The notes: generated by a model from the letters alone, not told the origin. A DNA stretch of 64,000 nucleotides from Malacoraja senta (GCA_038087875.1 JAXLNO010003834.1:186001-250000); one strand, 5' to 3'. Positions 1 to 13,244 are shown, numbered from the stretch's first letter. Made by a program: numbers and translations.

Positions 1-552
1 GACTTGGATCAAAGACAGGCATGGGTTATGAGCACGGTTATGGTTTATGCAAAATCATTTGGAGCAGTCGCACTTGGTCATCGGGAACCATCCTATTTTT
101 ACTTAATTGTACACAGTTCATAAATGTATGAGAAAATACCGAGTTTGCATTATCCATGCCTCTGGACTGATTGGGAATTGGCATCATTCCAAAAAAAAAA
201 TCACTCTTGCACGATATCCCTTTAGGTAGTGGTTCAGTTCCAAAAATGTAAACTGTATCATTTTAATGTACATCCGCAATAATATATTGGCCAAGACGAG
301 TTCTTCAACCATTGCTCCTTCATGCTGACATTTACGCACAACATAAACTATTAAACACACACATAGTTGCCCCGCCCACACCCCCCCCCCCACACACACA
401 CACATACATACACACACATCATCCTTCACCATCCTCCCGCCACTCACATTCAAACCTTCCATCACACACCAACGCCTTAATCTTCCAAAACAATCACTGT
501 AAAATATCTGCTCTTTTTTCCCCCAAAATTCTCCCTTTAGACCAAACTAGCC

Positions 553-637
553 ACAGTGCTGGAGGGACTCAGCCGATCAGGCAGTATCTGGGGTGGGAAT
601 GGACAGACAACGATTCAAGTCGGAACACTTCTTCAGA
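553..637 (-). mobile_element. Degenerate PLE-derived arm with decayed hammerhead motif
   Basis: gtgctggagggactcagc...gacaacgattcaagtcggaacacttcttcaga resembles the reverse complement of the family arm seen at 13566-13647. Confidence 0.6.
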
Positions 638-674
638 AGGGAGGTCAGCCACATAGTAACGCATGGAAAAAATT

Positions 675-1166
675 ACCGCAAAAGGCCTGACTAGAGTAGA
701 TATGGAGAGGATATTTCCACTAGTTGGGTCTAGGACCAGAGGGCATAGCCTAAAAATAAAAGGGTGCATCGTTAGAAATGAGATGAGCAGGAATGAGCAG
801 TTATGGGAAGAAGGTAGGATAATGGGGTTAGGAGAGAGAGATAGATCAGCCATGATTGAATGGCGGAGTAGACTTGATGGGCCGAATGACCTAATTCTAC
901 TCCCATCACTTATGACCTTATGCATTTTTCTAGTCAGAAGGTGACAAATCTGTGGAATTCATTGGCATAGACGGCTGTGGAGACCAAGTCATTGGGTATT
1001 TTGGAGCAGGTGATTGACAGATTATTGATTAGTACGGGTGTCAAGGGTTATGGGGAGAAGGCAGGAGAATGGAGTAGAGAGGGAAAGATAGATCAGCCAT
1101 GATTGAATGGCGGAGTAGACTCAATGGGCCAAACGGCCTATTTCTGCTCCTATGACTTATGAACAT
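675..1166 (+). mobile_element. CR1 (HER1-like) LINE 3' fragment with a second same-family 3' tail nested at ~796-921
   Basis: Encodes KGLTRVDMERIFPLVGSRTRGHSLKIKG (CR1 ORF2 C-terminus). The tail gatcagccatgattgaatggcggagtagac...cttatga occurs twice. Confidence 0.85.
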
Positions 1167-1434
1167 GATCATTCTGGATGCTCAGGCTGAGGGCTACCTG
1201 GGCAGAGACAACTCAGACTGTCATTGAACCATGAAACCTGCTGGATAAGCTCACTAACAAAACAACGTAAAGATCTGTTCATCCACCTTGCATTTCATCA
1301 AATGCATTCTCGCTCATTACCATCTGTCCATCTGCCTCAAAATAAAATTTGCTAATGCTGCAGCTCAAAACTGCAGCTACCTCTGCTTTACCTTTAGAGG
1401 GTACAAGTCAGGGTTCTCATTTCCCTCGTTGTTT

Positions 1435-1550
1435 TTGTTTTTTGTCACCTGCACCGAGGTACAGTGAAAAGCATTTTGTGTTGCGAGCTATCCAGTCAGC
1501 AGAAAGACTGGACATGGTTACAATCAAGCCGTCCACAGTATACAAAAAGA
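1435..1550 (-). mobile_element. LINE 3' tail fragment (Rex1/Babar-like)
   Basis: ttgtcacctgcaccgaggtacagtgaaaagc...gctatcca, homologous to 37430-37590. Confidence 0.55.
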
Positions 1551-1784
1551 TGTAGGGCAGGATGAAATGGAGAAGTCACTGGATGGTGAGGATGAAGGTA
1601 CTTGTCCATTTGAACAGTTAAAAAATGAGAAATTATTCTATGAGATTTCAAAGTAGGCAGAGTTTTTCCATGATAGCTCTATTGTAGATATCTTCCAAGG
1701 AACATGTTTCTCTTTGTTGCTGATGAATTCTTGATTCCTGACCATCCCTATAAATCACCTAAAATAATTTCATTCACTAATTTT

Positions 1785-1962
1785 CTTAAATCCAGGTTTT
1801 CGGACGTGGATATCAGTGGCGAGGCCAGCATTTATTTCCCATCCCTAATTAGCCTTAAACTGGGCCATTTATAATAATCATGATGTGACCTCGGGTCTCG
1901 AGGTTGTTAGTTCAGACCTCACAGTTGCTAGTCTGGTAATTTGACCACTGTGCTACCACTGT
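1785..1962 (-). mobile_element. Ancient tRNA-derived SINE remnant
   Basis: Reverse complement has head agtggtagcacagtggtc...actagc and tail aattagggatgggaaataaatgctggcc. Related pieces at ~28640-28840 and ~63845-63955. Confidence 0.5.
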
Positions 1963-3234
1963 ACTCTAATAGGTGGCCAGCTGACAATAACAACACAATG
2001 CTGGCATTTCAGCATTCTGATTTGTCATTGCCAGTTACTGCAAACGCAAGGAGGAAGAGTGATTGTGTCAAGGCCATGTTCAGGCATGTTTAAAAGCAAA
2101 AGCAAGACCAGTCTTCAAACAATCATTTAAACGCAACAAATGCTCCGCAGTGTCGGGGCAATGACAGGAACTCCATAAATGCATTAAAGATTTTACTAGT
2201 AGCTCCTCTAGTTCTGAATCAATTTTGGAAATTAAAAATTATTTTAAAAATAGCTATTTTTAGGAACTCCTCATTTTTTAGGAAGATAAGCCTTTTAGAA
2301 GTCAATGGATAACCTTGTTTAGGCTCAGATGTCAGAATAGAGGGTTCTGCTTCAGTTAACTATACAAGAAGCAATACCACAGTTCAGATGTTAACATAAT
2401 GATCCAAATTAAACTATTCTTGTCTATGTGTTTTGTGGTAGGAAGGAGCTAGTAAAAGCCTTAGGCTTCTATTGTAATTGTTTGGTCTGACAAGTCTCCT
2501 ATTTCTGCTCCACTGCTCAGCAGTAAGGTCAGGTGGCGATTAGTAGAATTGATAGGAAATTCATCTTGGCAAGGAAAAAAAGTCACAACATTGCCTTTGG
2601 AACCACAGTGTTGGGCTCTAATATGGTCAACCATGCACCCACTGAAATGCCAGTGACCTTGCTTTAGTTATTGGCACAAAATTATCTCCAATTGAAGTAG
2701 ATCCGAAAATGGACCTTAAATATTCCTGATAAGTTTTACTTTCAGTAGCAACCACAGGAAAAGCAAGTGCTTCAAATAAGGATGTATACTTTATTACCAT
2801 CTAATAGCAGAGAAGTTAATACATGTCGTATTTACACGCTATATACTTGTCATGATGTCAGTACAACTTCTGACCATCTGATTTATTTACGTTCAATACA
2901 TAAATACACCACAGCTGCGCGACATGAATCTAACACTTCAAATCAGCGGAAAGGATGAGAAATCAGAAGAAGACAATGAATAATTGCTGTTAAACGATAA
3001 ATACCATGCCCAAGAATCACTATAAACTCTTTTGCTACCTCTTAGGAGCAGGTAAGTAAAAAAAAGTCAGTTAAAACATATTCTGATTTGCAATATTTTA
3101 TTAAACATAGTTTGAGATACTAAATCATATAGTGGTGCTAGTTTCAGCACAATTTGATTCCGCAGCATGAACATGATAACTATTCATGGGTCATTTCTCA
3201 TTACTTTGGAAAGTCAACTGAGCACCTCCCAGCC

Positions 3235-3445
3235 TGAAATAAAAACATAAGATGCTGGAGAATTCAGCTCTCCAGGCAACATCTGCACAGAGGGAAACGG
3301 AGTCAATGTTTCAGGTCAGCGACCTGTCATCTTGTGCAACTGAAAACATTAATCCTCTTTCTCTCCACTTCTCTTCTCTCTCCTTGGCCTGCTGACTATC
3401 TCCTTCACTTTCTGGTTTTAGTTCGATTTCCAGTACCTGGAGCTT
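3235..3445. mobile_element. Highly decayed PLE-derived fold-back element
   Basis: gatgctggagaattcagc...catctgcacagagggaaacgg...gtttcaggtc followed by a degenerate inverted arm (...cgatttccagtacctgg). Confidence 0.45.
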
Positions 3446-5133
3446 CTTGACTTTCAACATGCCAGCATGAGTCGTGCTTGCTTCTGACATAGTTTCTACA
3501 TCAGGTGCACATCATTCCCCAGATTGTGAGCAGCGCAGGGGAATTTTGAATATAGTATCTTAGCTGTTACAATCATTAAGCACTCCCAGGATGTCTTTGT
3601 AGCACAGTGCCATTTGAGATCCCATGCTTGTATCCTAGCTGAACCCAACCCCACCCCCGATCCTGATCCTAATCCTCAATGTCAGCTCATACTGGTGGCT
3701 TACCTCAACCCAACTCAGCCACGGGCTCAATCCTGATTTTTGCCTGCATTCTCAGCCACTTTCTTAATTAAAAACCCAACCCCTGGCTGTCTAGATTTGT
3801 CCTCGCCCTCATGGGCACGTTATTGTTTGCAAAGGAAGCTCAACCGCTTCGTTCACGACCACGTGATACCTTGGGCTCTAATGCCGTTTACCAAAGCTGG
3901 CTCACAATGGAAACATTTTCGGTTGCCCAATGCCATCACAGCACGTGAGAATGTAGAGGCAATTATATATATTTTTTAAAGTGTTTAAAATTTGCCTTGC
4001 TGACATCATGGACAGTGGGCAAGATGATCATGATCTGTTTCTGGAAATTCACTTTCCCCTCTCAGTCCGTTCTTCACCACAGGAATATGGCAGAATGCAG
4101 TTCCTTTATTCTCCTCTTTTGCCTGAGCGTACTCACTGACATAATCATCAGTGGACGGTGCAGTGGCAAAGGCAATTTGGATAACTGCTGAAACATGAGA
4201 GCTTCAGTGAGTAGCAAGCTGACTGGGCAGGGTCAATAAGGCAAGCTGCCCACTGAGAGAGCAGACAAGATGTGAGTCATTACTTGTTCCCTGCTGATAC
4301 TGACAGCACTGATGATGATATTCATGAGGTGAATTCTGCTTTGACAAATCCTGTCTCCTTCACTTCCACACTCCTCTCAGATAAGATCTTGTATGATGTT
4401 TCTTTTACCTCAGCGTAAGGTATGTGCGGATGCTTCACTAGCTGTGACCTTGAACCCTTCTACCGACCTGTACATTGTTGTATTGTACCATCACCCCCTG
4501 AACCTCAGTTAACACATTCCTGATGTTAATGATTACAGGTCTAATAGTTAAATCTTATTGATCCCTATGCCAAAGTGACTATTTTCAAAAAATCTATTTT
4601 CAGAATTAAAAGATCTCAGGCTGCATTTCGCTACATAAGAGTATTTAATATCTTGACATTGGTGGCAATGCAGAGTTAGTCAGTAACATTTGGCAATGAT
4701 GTGGGAAAAGAGGCCTCACTGGCGAAGCTCCGTCGGGTACTTACAGAATTACTCATTAGATGGAGGTTGAAAATACATTATTTCCTGACTTACTTGAGGA
4801 CTTTGGGCTGGGGTCTGAAGATTCTCTGCAATAACTTTGAGGCGGGTGTGGGCCCAGTGTCAGTGAGGATGCTGAATTCCTTGAGTTTTCAGGCAGGTGA
4901 GGCTAGTGTAGATGGAGCATCTTGGTCGTCATCGACAAGTTGGGCCGAAGAGCTGTATGACTCTATGACTCCAAGACTATTTGATTAATATGTATAGATA
5001 TTTTTTCCAGATACTATATCAATAGATGATGGATATGTGAGTGATGACATTTCCAATGACATTTAATATGGAGCTCTTTTAAAAAATGAAAAACGCAGCA
5101 CTTTATTTTGAAGCAAGCACACAGAAAAGATAG

Positions 5134-5249
5134 AATGTGTAGGAAGCATGTGGTCTGAAGAAGGGTCTCAACCTGAAACGTCACCCAATCCTTCTCTCCA
5201 GAGAAGCTGCCTGTCCCGCTGAGTTACTCCAGCGTTTTGTGCGTTATCT
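5134..5249 (+). mobile_element. PLE-derived insertion with hammerhead motif, 15-bp TSD
   Basis: TSD acacagaaaagatag at 5119-5133 and 5250-5264; contains ctgaagaagggtctcaacctgaaacgtc. Confidence 0.85.
5155..5182 (+). ncRNA. Minimal type I hammerhead ribozyme motif (PLE type), sense to ERC1
   Basis: CUGAAGA core, stem II AGG..CCU, GAAA, palindromic ACGU in place of helix III, predicted cleavage after C5182; stem I GGU/ACC. Confidence 0.65.
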
Positions 5250-6859
5250 ACACAGAAAAGATAGGTTAGGGACAAAAAAACAAAAAAAACAGGTTGTTTT
5301 TTGTATTGGCTGAACTTGAACAGCAATAGAAGCAGCTGTTCTTGGTGTGCAAAATAAATTGGGGTCAGATGCAAAGTCCAACTACCAATAGGATATTGAC
5401 CAGACAGTCATGTTCAGTCTTCTAGATTGTGGCTGAGGAGGGAATGGGATTAGTGCAAAGGAACAAATATTGTGGTGGCAGTTAAAAGGGTAGATTCGGA
5501 GTTTCTTCACAATGTGAAACACTACCCAGAACACTACCCACTCGTCAAGGACTGTCAATCCAAAATATGTCAATAAATTATTAACCCATGACCATTGATG
5601 TGGATATTGGAACAAATTCTCTTCAGCTGGGAAATTCAAAGTACTTTGGTTTTGCTCTTTTTTTAATCAATAATAATAGTCACTAGGAAAGTTGTTTAAT
5701 GACCTATTGGTTGGTTGAGTTTTATGTGTTTTTTCCTGATAGTCTGATATAAAGTTCCAGTTGACCGAGAGGTGACTGCTCTGCTTCCAGTAATGAGGTC
5801 AGTGATTTCCTCAAAGTGCCATTGCAATGAGGCAGCACAGATGCTGGTCCTTGTAAATCTGATCCTTTACTGGGAGATCGATAAAGCCTTCACAGTTAAT
5901 ACACAGATATTCCATCTTATTTCCCATGATCTATCTTATGCTGATGGATATTCAATTTCCCTTCACATTTCCTGGAGTAAGCATATGGGGAAATGTACTT
6001 TGAAAGTAACACTACAGTAGTGAACTACTAGAAAACACCAACATAGGAAATCTAAACAGAATTGTACACTTGGTACCACGTTCCTTGAATATCAGATTAA
6101 AGCAGGAAGGCAGTATATTTATCCCTATTTTAACCAAAGGAATACTAGAGTTAATTACAGTGTGCCAACTGTTGCCCCAGTTGAGATCATTTAACTCTGC
6201 TTTCTTTCTTGAAGATGGGAGTTATGATAACAGGCATCTAATTAGAAAAAGATCTGATTTCGTACTTATCCATTGGACGCATGGCTTATCTCATGTGCAA
6301 CAGATTACACTTATCCATGGAGGAAATTCATATGGTGTTTGACATTTGGCTTGCATTTCTTCTTACAAAACTCTGCCAGTTTTCAATATTCCTCCAGCAT
6401 TGGTTTAGAATCTGAATTTAAAAAATGCCCATTAACTATATTGAAACTGGCATCAACCAAGTTGCAATTTTTGGTGCCATGCTTTGGAAGCATCTTTTTA
6501 TTAATTAGCATCTATTGATTTAATGGTCTCAAGTAACGGTGCCTTTTAGTATCTACAAAACGGAAACTTTTAGAGAATGAACGTATAACTTTGAAAGCTA
6601 AAAATCATCTTGGGCAGGCAGGCTTTTCATGCCATCTTAATTGTGTTGTGTCCAATCCTTCCACTGACAGGGCTAAAAAGGAGACACGATTGCTCTCTGT
6701 AAGCATTCTGTAATTCAGGAAGCATTTAAAAGAACAAAACACTGTCTGTATCAGTAGTTTTCAGTTAAAAAGCATCTTTTGAAACATTACAATCCCTATA
6801 AAGTTAAAACCGGAAGACAGTTAAATCTATAGCTGAGCTGATATTTTTAAAAGCCAGGG

Positions 6860-7045
6860 GAGGTATTTGAGGCAGGTACGACTTCAGCATTTAAAGACAT
6901 TTGCACAGGTGCATGGACAAGAGAGGTTTAGAGTGATGTGGGCCAAACGTGAGCAAATGGGTCTATCTTTGATGGAGCATTTTGGTCGGCATGAATGAGT
7001 TGGGCCAAAGGGCCTGTTTCTGCACTGGATTACTCTGACTATGAT
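6860..7045 (+). mobile_element. CR1 3' tail, second subfamily (also short copy ~4905-4970)
   Basis: gcatttaaagacatttgcacaggtgcatggac...ggtcggcatgaatgagttgggccaaagggcctgtttc. Confidence 0.75.
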
Positions 7046-9332
7046 TAATGTCCATTTAGGTAGATAAATATCCAATACGTGTGTTCCTTTGATTTTAAAC
7101 CAATGTTGATTGACAAAGTACATTATTATGTTTGATTACACAGTTTCAATATCAAATTTGAGATGAAATTTGAGTTAGTGTAAAATGAATTAAACGTGTG
7201 CTCAAAACAACAGAAAATTTATAAAGAAAGATCAGAAAGATGCACCTGTTGAAAAAAACACATCTTATTCTGGAACAGCTGTTAGATAAATTGAAGGAAG
7301 TTAAGTAAGTTAAATTCAATCAAATAAAAAAAACTACCATGGGTAAACTATGTTGCTATTGCTTTACACATTTTTAATTTTCTCTCCTCTCCCATTGCTG
7401 GCAGTCTCTGTGCCGTGAACTATCCCTGCCAGGAAATTGAGCAAAGGATCTCCTTCTGGCACTGCACCATGTCTGGGAGAGCAGCCAGAACTGAGTTTTA
7501 TATTTCATCTCTGGGTTCAGCAGCCAGGAATAGAAAGAATGTCAGCTCTTGCTAGGAGGAACCCCCGGAGTCACCGGGAGACACAGTTGCCGATGTTTGA
7601 TGTGTGCTTTTCTAATCAGGAAATCTAAATTGGGTGATTTTCTTTTTGAAGTTCCTATTTCTATTTCAGAAATTGAAATATCCATTTTCCTCAAATGTAT
7701 TGCCTCCAATCTGTTACTGATTGATGAGCTGCCCAAGCTCGTTGGTTGTCAGTCTGCAAAGCCAAACATTACCATGAGCTTGTCCCATAATGGGAACTTC
7801 TCCAGGGTGCTGACTCCCCTGTGATTGATCAGGCTCTCCACACTGACCGAACAGGCTTTAAAAGATCCATAACATTGCATTTGCAAATATTCAAAATATA
7901 TCAGAACTTAAACATACTATTAAAAATATTTTAATTTATTTTAAAATGTTTCACACTCCATGACACGACTTCAAGGAGAATTGCTGCAGTTGAGAAATCA
8001 TCTGTGTTGGGGGTCCAGCGTTTACAGATAAACCCCCACAACTGTCCACATACCTTCTGTCATCATCCTTATAATGCTTTTGGGAGTGGTCGTTTTCCTG
8101 TGTTAAGGTTTAGCTTTCAGGAAATATTACTAAGTCTGACCATTAGATATTCCATCACTGAAGGGATGGTTGTAGATTGATGTTCGTAAAGTCGTGGTTG
8201 CGAAGGCAGGTACTTCCACACGACAGTAAATGGAGGACTGAACTATTGTTCAGCTGGTTATTGGGAGCTTGCTTTAACTCTCCATTGGGAGAGGAGCTGC
8301 TCTGTTGTTGGTCTTTACTGTTCAATTGAATGCAAAGACAACTGACTCAAGTAAATACTGCAAGTGGAGACGCAACAGTATTAGTTCATAATATCTGGAA
8401 CAAATTCCGTTGTTTCCGAAGAGGTTGTAAGAGGCGTGTGAAAATGGAAATGTCATATTAGAGCAGTGGGGAGAACTCAGTTCAGGTCAGTGGCTAAGAT
8501 TCATTGCTAGTCTTACGTGGAGAGTGTTTTCAGTTGCATATAAATGTTAAATTTCTGATTTGTTACAAATATTGAGCATTGGAATTTGATCCATTTTTGA
8601 GGTGCACTTTTTTCTCACCAACACGTAAAATTGATTAAGGGCCTGTGCAAGCTGTATTATCAGGAATCTTTTATTCACTGAGATTTCTACAATTAAAACT
8701 CTTTTAAGGGGACTGATTTGCTTATTGTGTTCTGGACATAAAGAATGATTTTGACACCCCTTGAAATGAACAAAAAAGATTTTACGTTTTCTCTCAAGTC
8801 CCAAATTAAAAGTACTTGATCATCCAGTTGAGTTGTTGCTGGGGCAAAATAAATGACAGAAGCTAACAATACTCCCATGAAAATGAATTGATCCACGGAT
8901 CATTACTGGACCCTTCTAATCAGCTCCAACTGGATACTCGTCAATTAAGTCTTGTGATTGAAAACATTTTTGTGATTCAGATTTAAAAAATAGAAGGTTG
9001 GAGAGTAGTTTTTAAATATGTAGAACATTTTCAGTTTGTTTTTGTTCGACCAAATATCTCCCTCACAAAATCTGGAAAGCAAGGTTTGTTGGGGATTGTG
9101 ATTATGACTTGTTTAATAAATGCTCAGACCACAACGGCATTTATGTCAAGATCCTTAGTTCGAAATATTATGAAAATATATTGATTTAAAGATATGGTTT
9201 CCATAGGAAATTACTGGAACTTTACCGAGACTTTGAATCCTCGACAATTCAACAGATTGCTTTGTTCAAAATAAACTAGCTGAGAGAAATATTTTCCTTT
9301 GTTATTCTGGTGGCACATAAAATAATTGTTGG

Positions 9333-9422
9333 CTCTCCATAGATGCTGCCTCACCTGCTGAGTTACTCCAGCATTTTGTGTCTACCTTCGATTTTACCAG
9401 CATCTGCAGTTCTTTCTTACAC
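9333..9422 (+). mobile_element. PLE-derived single arm ending at the long terminus
   Basis: ctccatagatgctgcctcacc...gcatctgcagttctttcttacac, flanked by aaataattgttgg / aaataatttttgg (imperfect TSD). Confidence 0.8.
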
Positions 9423-10028
9423 AAATAATTTTTGGAGTTAGGCTGTGATTTTTTTATTGATGGAAAAACATTCCGTGCATTCTGCTTCCATGTGAATGAC
9501 ACATTTAAAAAGAGAGTGGTTCTTAAAATCTTTGAAATAATATATGCAAGTTATGGATAGTTAAATGCCTTCTCTCTCCACACCTAGCTCAATTTTTCAG
9601 GATTACTCTTGTGCTTTATTCTATCTGCTGCCTACTTTCACAGTATCAATTCTTTTATTTCTATCTATTATACAAATATAATATATTACAGTAGATCACA
9701 GCATAAGCTGCCTTGAATTTAGGGAACAAAGACTTTAAAAAAGAAACAGGGGCAGCTCACAAAAGGCCCAGAGGCCCAGATATTCTGATCCAAGATGGGC
9801 CGTGCAGTTTTAGTAATGAATCTTTTACTGCAAACTTCAATTACACCTGAGGGCCAGACGGCAAGTGCTAGAGACAAGTGTTTGGTTGTTCCAAACCTTG
9901 ATTGAAAATGTGCCCGGCCAGGATTAAAGCTCCAGGTCAGGTTCAGGCGAGCTGGAATAACCAGCAGCATAGTCCCTGTGCTGTGGTTATTTGCTGGAAG
10001 CAGAAAGAGGGGGTAAGGAGATTAGGCA

Positions 10029-10323
10029 AGGGCCTGTCCCACTGTACGAGGTAATTCAAGAGCTCTCCCGAGTAAAAAAAAAAATCAAACTCGTAAGTGC
10101 GTAGAATGTACGTAGCGGCTACGTCGGAGCTCGGGGACGTCTCGTAGCGGCTCGTAACGCTAACGGCAGGTACTCAGGAAACGCGGTGACTTGTGAAGTT
10201 TTTCCAGCAATGTGAAAAATGTCCACGAGAGCCCCCAAGTACCTATTACCTTAATTCTCCGAGTTCGAATCAGGGGAAACTCTGGAGAACTCTTGAATTA
10301 TCTCGTATAGTGGGACAGGCCCA
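10029..10323. mobile_element. Non-autonomous TIR element (MITE), PIF/Harbinger-like
   Basis: ~39-bp TIRs gggcctgtcccactgtacgaggtaattcaagagctctcc / ggagaactcttgaattatctcgtatagtgggacaggccc; CpG-rich; homologous to 49059-49386. Confidence 0.85.
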
Positions 10324-12260
10324 TTAGGACGAAACTGTGCTGTGCCTTGAATTAGGCCCAATTGGAGGTGGAATCACTCCTTTGCCTGGTGTATGGCTAT
10401 GACTGGACCAGTGCCCTGAGTTACGAGAGAGATGGGGGAAATAGGTTTCACAGTGAGGGATCGGAGTGGGATTAAAGCCACCAAATATTGATAGTAGTAT
10501 GAGGAGGTTTAAAGATTGAGCCTCAGTAAGGGATGTTGGAATTGGTGATAGGGAGATTAGAAATTGGCTTTGAGGATCGAGAGAGATTGAGACACTGTAT
10601 GGTTGGGACCTGGTTTCATGGAAGGGGGACCAAAATCAATAAAGTGTTTACATTGTGGGGCTACCAATCCAGATTTGTGCAAGCTAGGCCTAGTTGTCTG
10701 GTAGTGCTCAACAACGGTACCTTCCAAGATAACGTGGTCCAAGATTCCACCCACTTGCTGCAAGAAAATAGCACTGCAAGGAGAAAGATGGCCTTATGTG
10801 CGCCCTGATGCTGCAATCACTTCAAGGGCACAATGGTTAGTCACACGTGGTAGTTCTCAGTCAATTATCCAGCAGGACACATAACAGAAACCGACATTGT
10901 CCCCGATGGAGAAAACAGTTTTCAGTCACGTGGTGCTGATAAAACAGCTTTATGTGATTTAACTTCTGGTCAAGTATGTCTTTAGTGTCTTACTACATCA
11001 ATCAATTGCTTTATATTCTCCTTAACCATTGTGAAATCATACAGTGTAACGAATTATGTTGTTTCGCCAAAAGATTATCTAATACTCTTTTTTTTTACAT
11101 CACCGATTGTCCATATCTTCCAAACAGCCCCAGCAGCATCTGCCATGGAGCCGGTGAGGGGGTGGTGGAAGCATTACTACTAAAATACTACCGAGCACAA
11201 ACTGGTGACCTGTGTATCACCATAACACCCTATTTGTTGGCTTCTGGAAGTCTGTTAACTGCTAATGATGCCCGGACATGAAAAGCCGGCCCAGGGAGTG
11301 GCGCAGTTTTTTGCCATGATGTCTGTCAGCTTTTTCCTTTTCATATGGATGCAGTTAAGTGGGCCTCTTTGGAATGTAATTGGAGGGTGGTGGGGGTGGG
11401 AGGAAGGCCGCCTAGGGCCATCCCCGAGGTACACCAGCAAAGCAGGACTCCAACATCCCAGGCACATTATTTATATGACCAGGAGCATGTGGCTTTGAGA
11501 ATGAACATCAAAGTTTGTCTAGTACATCATAATTTACATCGGTGACAACTAAACCGGATAAAGGTCAGGAGGTGGCTGACTAACTGCTTTTTTTTTTGAA
11601 GTATTGTTCCCCTCACAGATATTCCAAAAATCCTAATTGTTTCTTATTGAAACAAAGTGTATAACCTTGCCCTCAACATGAAAACAAATTACCCTGGGTA
11701 ACATACAGATACAATGCACTAAAGATACAGCAGTGTCCACTGTTGAGTGAGAAGATACAGGTCCATCCCCTCCATTCTTCATACAACCTCTTAATCTCAA
11801 CCTTGCTGCTCTGTGGGTGAGTGAACGGTTCTCTGGGAGACAGGGTGTTGGTAAATTAAAAGAAAGACAAAAATTCCCTTTCTTAGATTTTTGTTTCGAA
11901 TTGCACTCTATGACCTCCCCAATGTCTTTGTTGGAGAGGCAGCGTGTAATTTATCTGTCATTCATTCCCCTGTTTGAACTTCAAGCCAATATTTGCATTC
12001 GAGGGTTGCACGTGAAATATAGCATGTTGGGTACGATACCAGCTGCCATTCCGCACTTGTCAGTCAATAGTCTAACAGAATGCAACATTTTAAGAGTGTA
12101 GAACGTATTTCCACACTGGTGCCCTTTTCAAAGTCAAAAATGCCAACCTTGAATGGCGACAACTATCTGCTCCACTAATCCTTCTCTCCTCCCTGCAGCC
12201 CCATTAACAGTTAATCACCCCATTTTCCGCCAACACTTCTTTTTCCATTGTGCTGCAAGG

Positions 12261-12560
12261 GGGGCAGAGCTGCTATGTCACTGGTTCAATGGTGACTGTT
12301 TGGAGCTTGCACGCTCTCTATGTGACTGCATGGGCTTCCTCCAAGTGCTCCAGTTCCTTCACACATCCCGTGGGTGCATAGGTTAGTGGATCAATTGGCT
12401 ATGGTAAATTGCCCCTAGTGTGTGGAAGAGTGGTAGAATCTGGGGGAGTTGTTGAGAAAGTGTGGAGAATAAAATGGGATTCATGTAGGATCCGTGAAAA
12501 TGGATGCTTGATGGTAAGTGCAGATTCAATGGGCCAAAGTGATATTTTCTGTGCTCAATG
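12261..12560 (+). mobile_element. Old HE1/V-SINE-like copy
   Basis: V-domain-like core ggagcttgcacgctctctatgtgactgcatgggcttcctcc and aaattgcccctagtg. Confidence 0.7.
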
Positions 12561-12789
12561 ACAGAGTTTTAAATTGCTCCACTGTTTACAAAAATGAAAT
12601 AAAATTTTATGTGTGCTCCCGGGAATTCATCTTTCACATGCACTTCAGAGCTTCCAAATTATTGCTTCCATGCTCTTCAAAGACTCTGTTTCCTGACCAC
12701 TGACTCTGTCTCCCTCACTAGCTACTGCCTGAGGCACAGATTACTTACAAATGGTTTGGTCTTTTTTGCTTTGAACTGAGATTCCAACC

Positions 12790-13232
12790 CTTATCCTCTC
12801 ATTGGGACTGTCTTGATCCACCTCCAAACCATTGTACAGCCAGACTCAGCTCATCTGTTCCTGATACTTGTGTTACTACCAGACACAAGTATTCTAAATC
12901 TCTCTTGGCTATCTTCCTGCATTCCAAAACCTATAATCCCATCCAAAGCTCTACTAACTATATCCTAAATAGCATCAAGATTGTTCACCCAGATCGACAT
13001 CATATCATCCTAAACCTTGTATTTACATCTGTCCATTGGTCATTGCTTTTGAAAGGCCAATATGTCAGATACCAAGTTCAGGATTTCCTTCCCTAAACCC
13101 ACATACCCATCTCCTTTCCTATCACCAAAGCTTTTGATACTGGACCTAATTTCTTCTTCTGGGAGACGTTGTCAAATTTTGTCTGATGACACCCCTAAGA
13201 AGAACCTGGGGATATTTTGCTCAGTTAATTAG
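12790..13232 (+). mobile_element. Decayed L2-like LINE 3' end
   Basis: Degenerate translation (TRHKYSKSLLA...IQSSTNYIL...VHW) resembles the L2 ORF2 C-terminus (SRLDYSNALLAG..IQNSAARIL..LHWL). Confidence 0.45.
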
Positions 13233-13244
13233 TCTGTACAAACC

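Noticed and set aside
184-656. 93-aa and 114-aa ORFs at window start
   Set aside because: Low-complexity translations of CA/C-rich microsatellite plus TE fragment.
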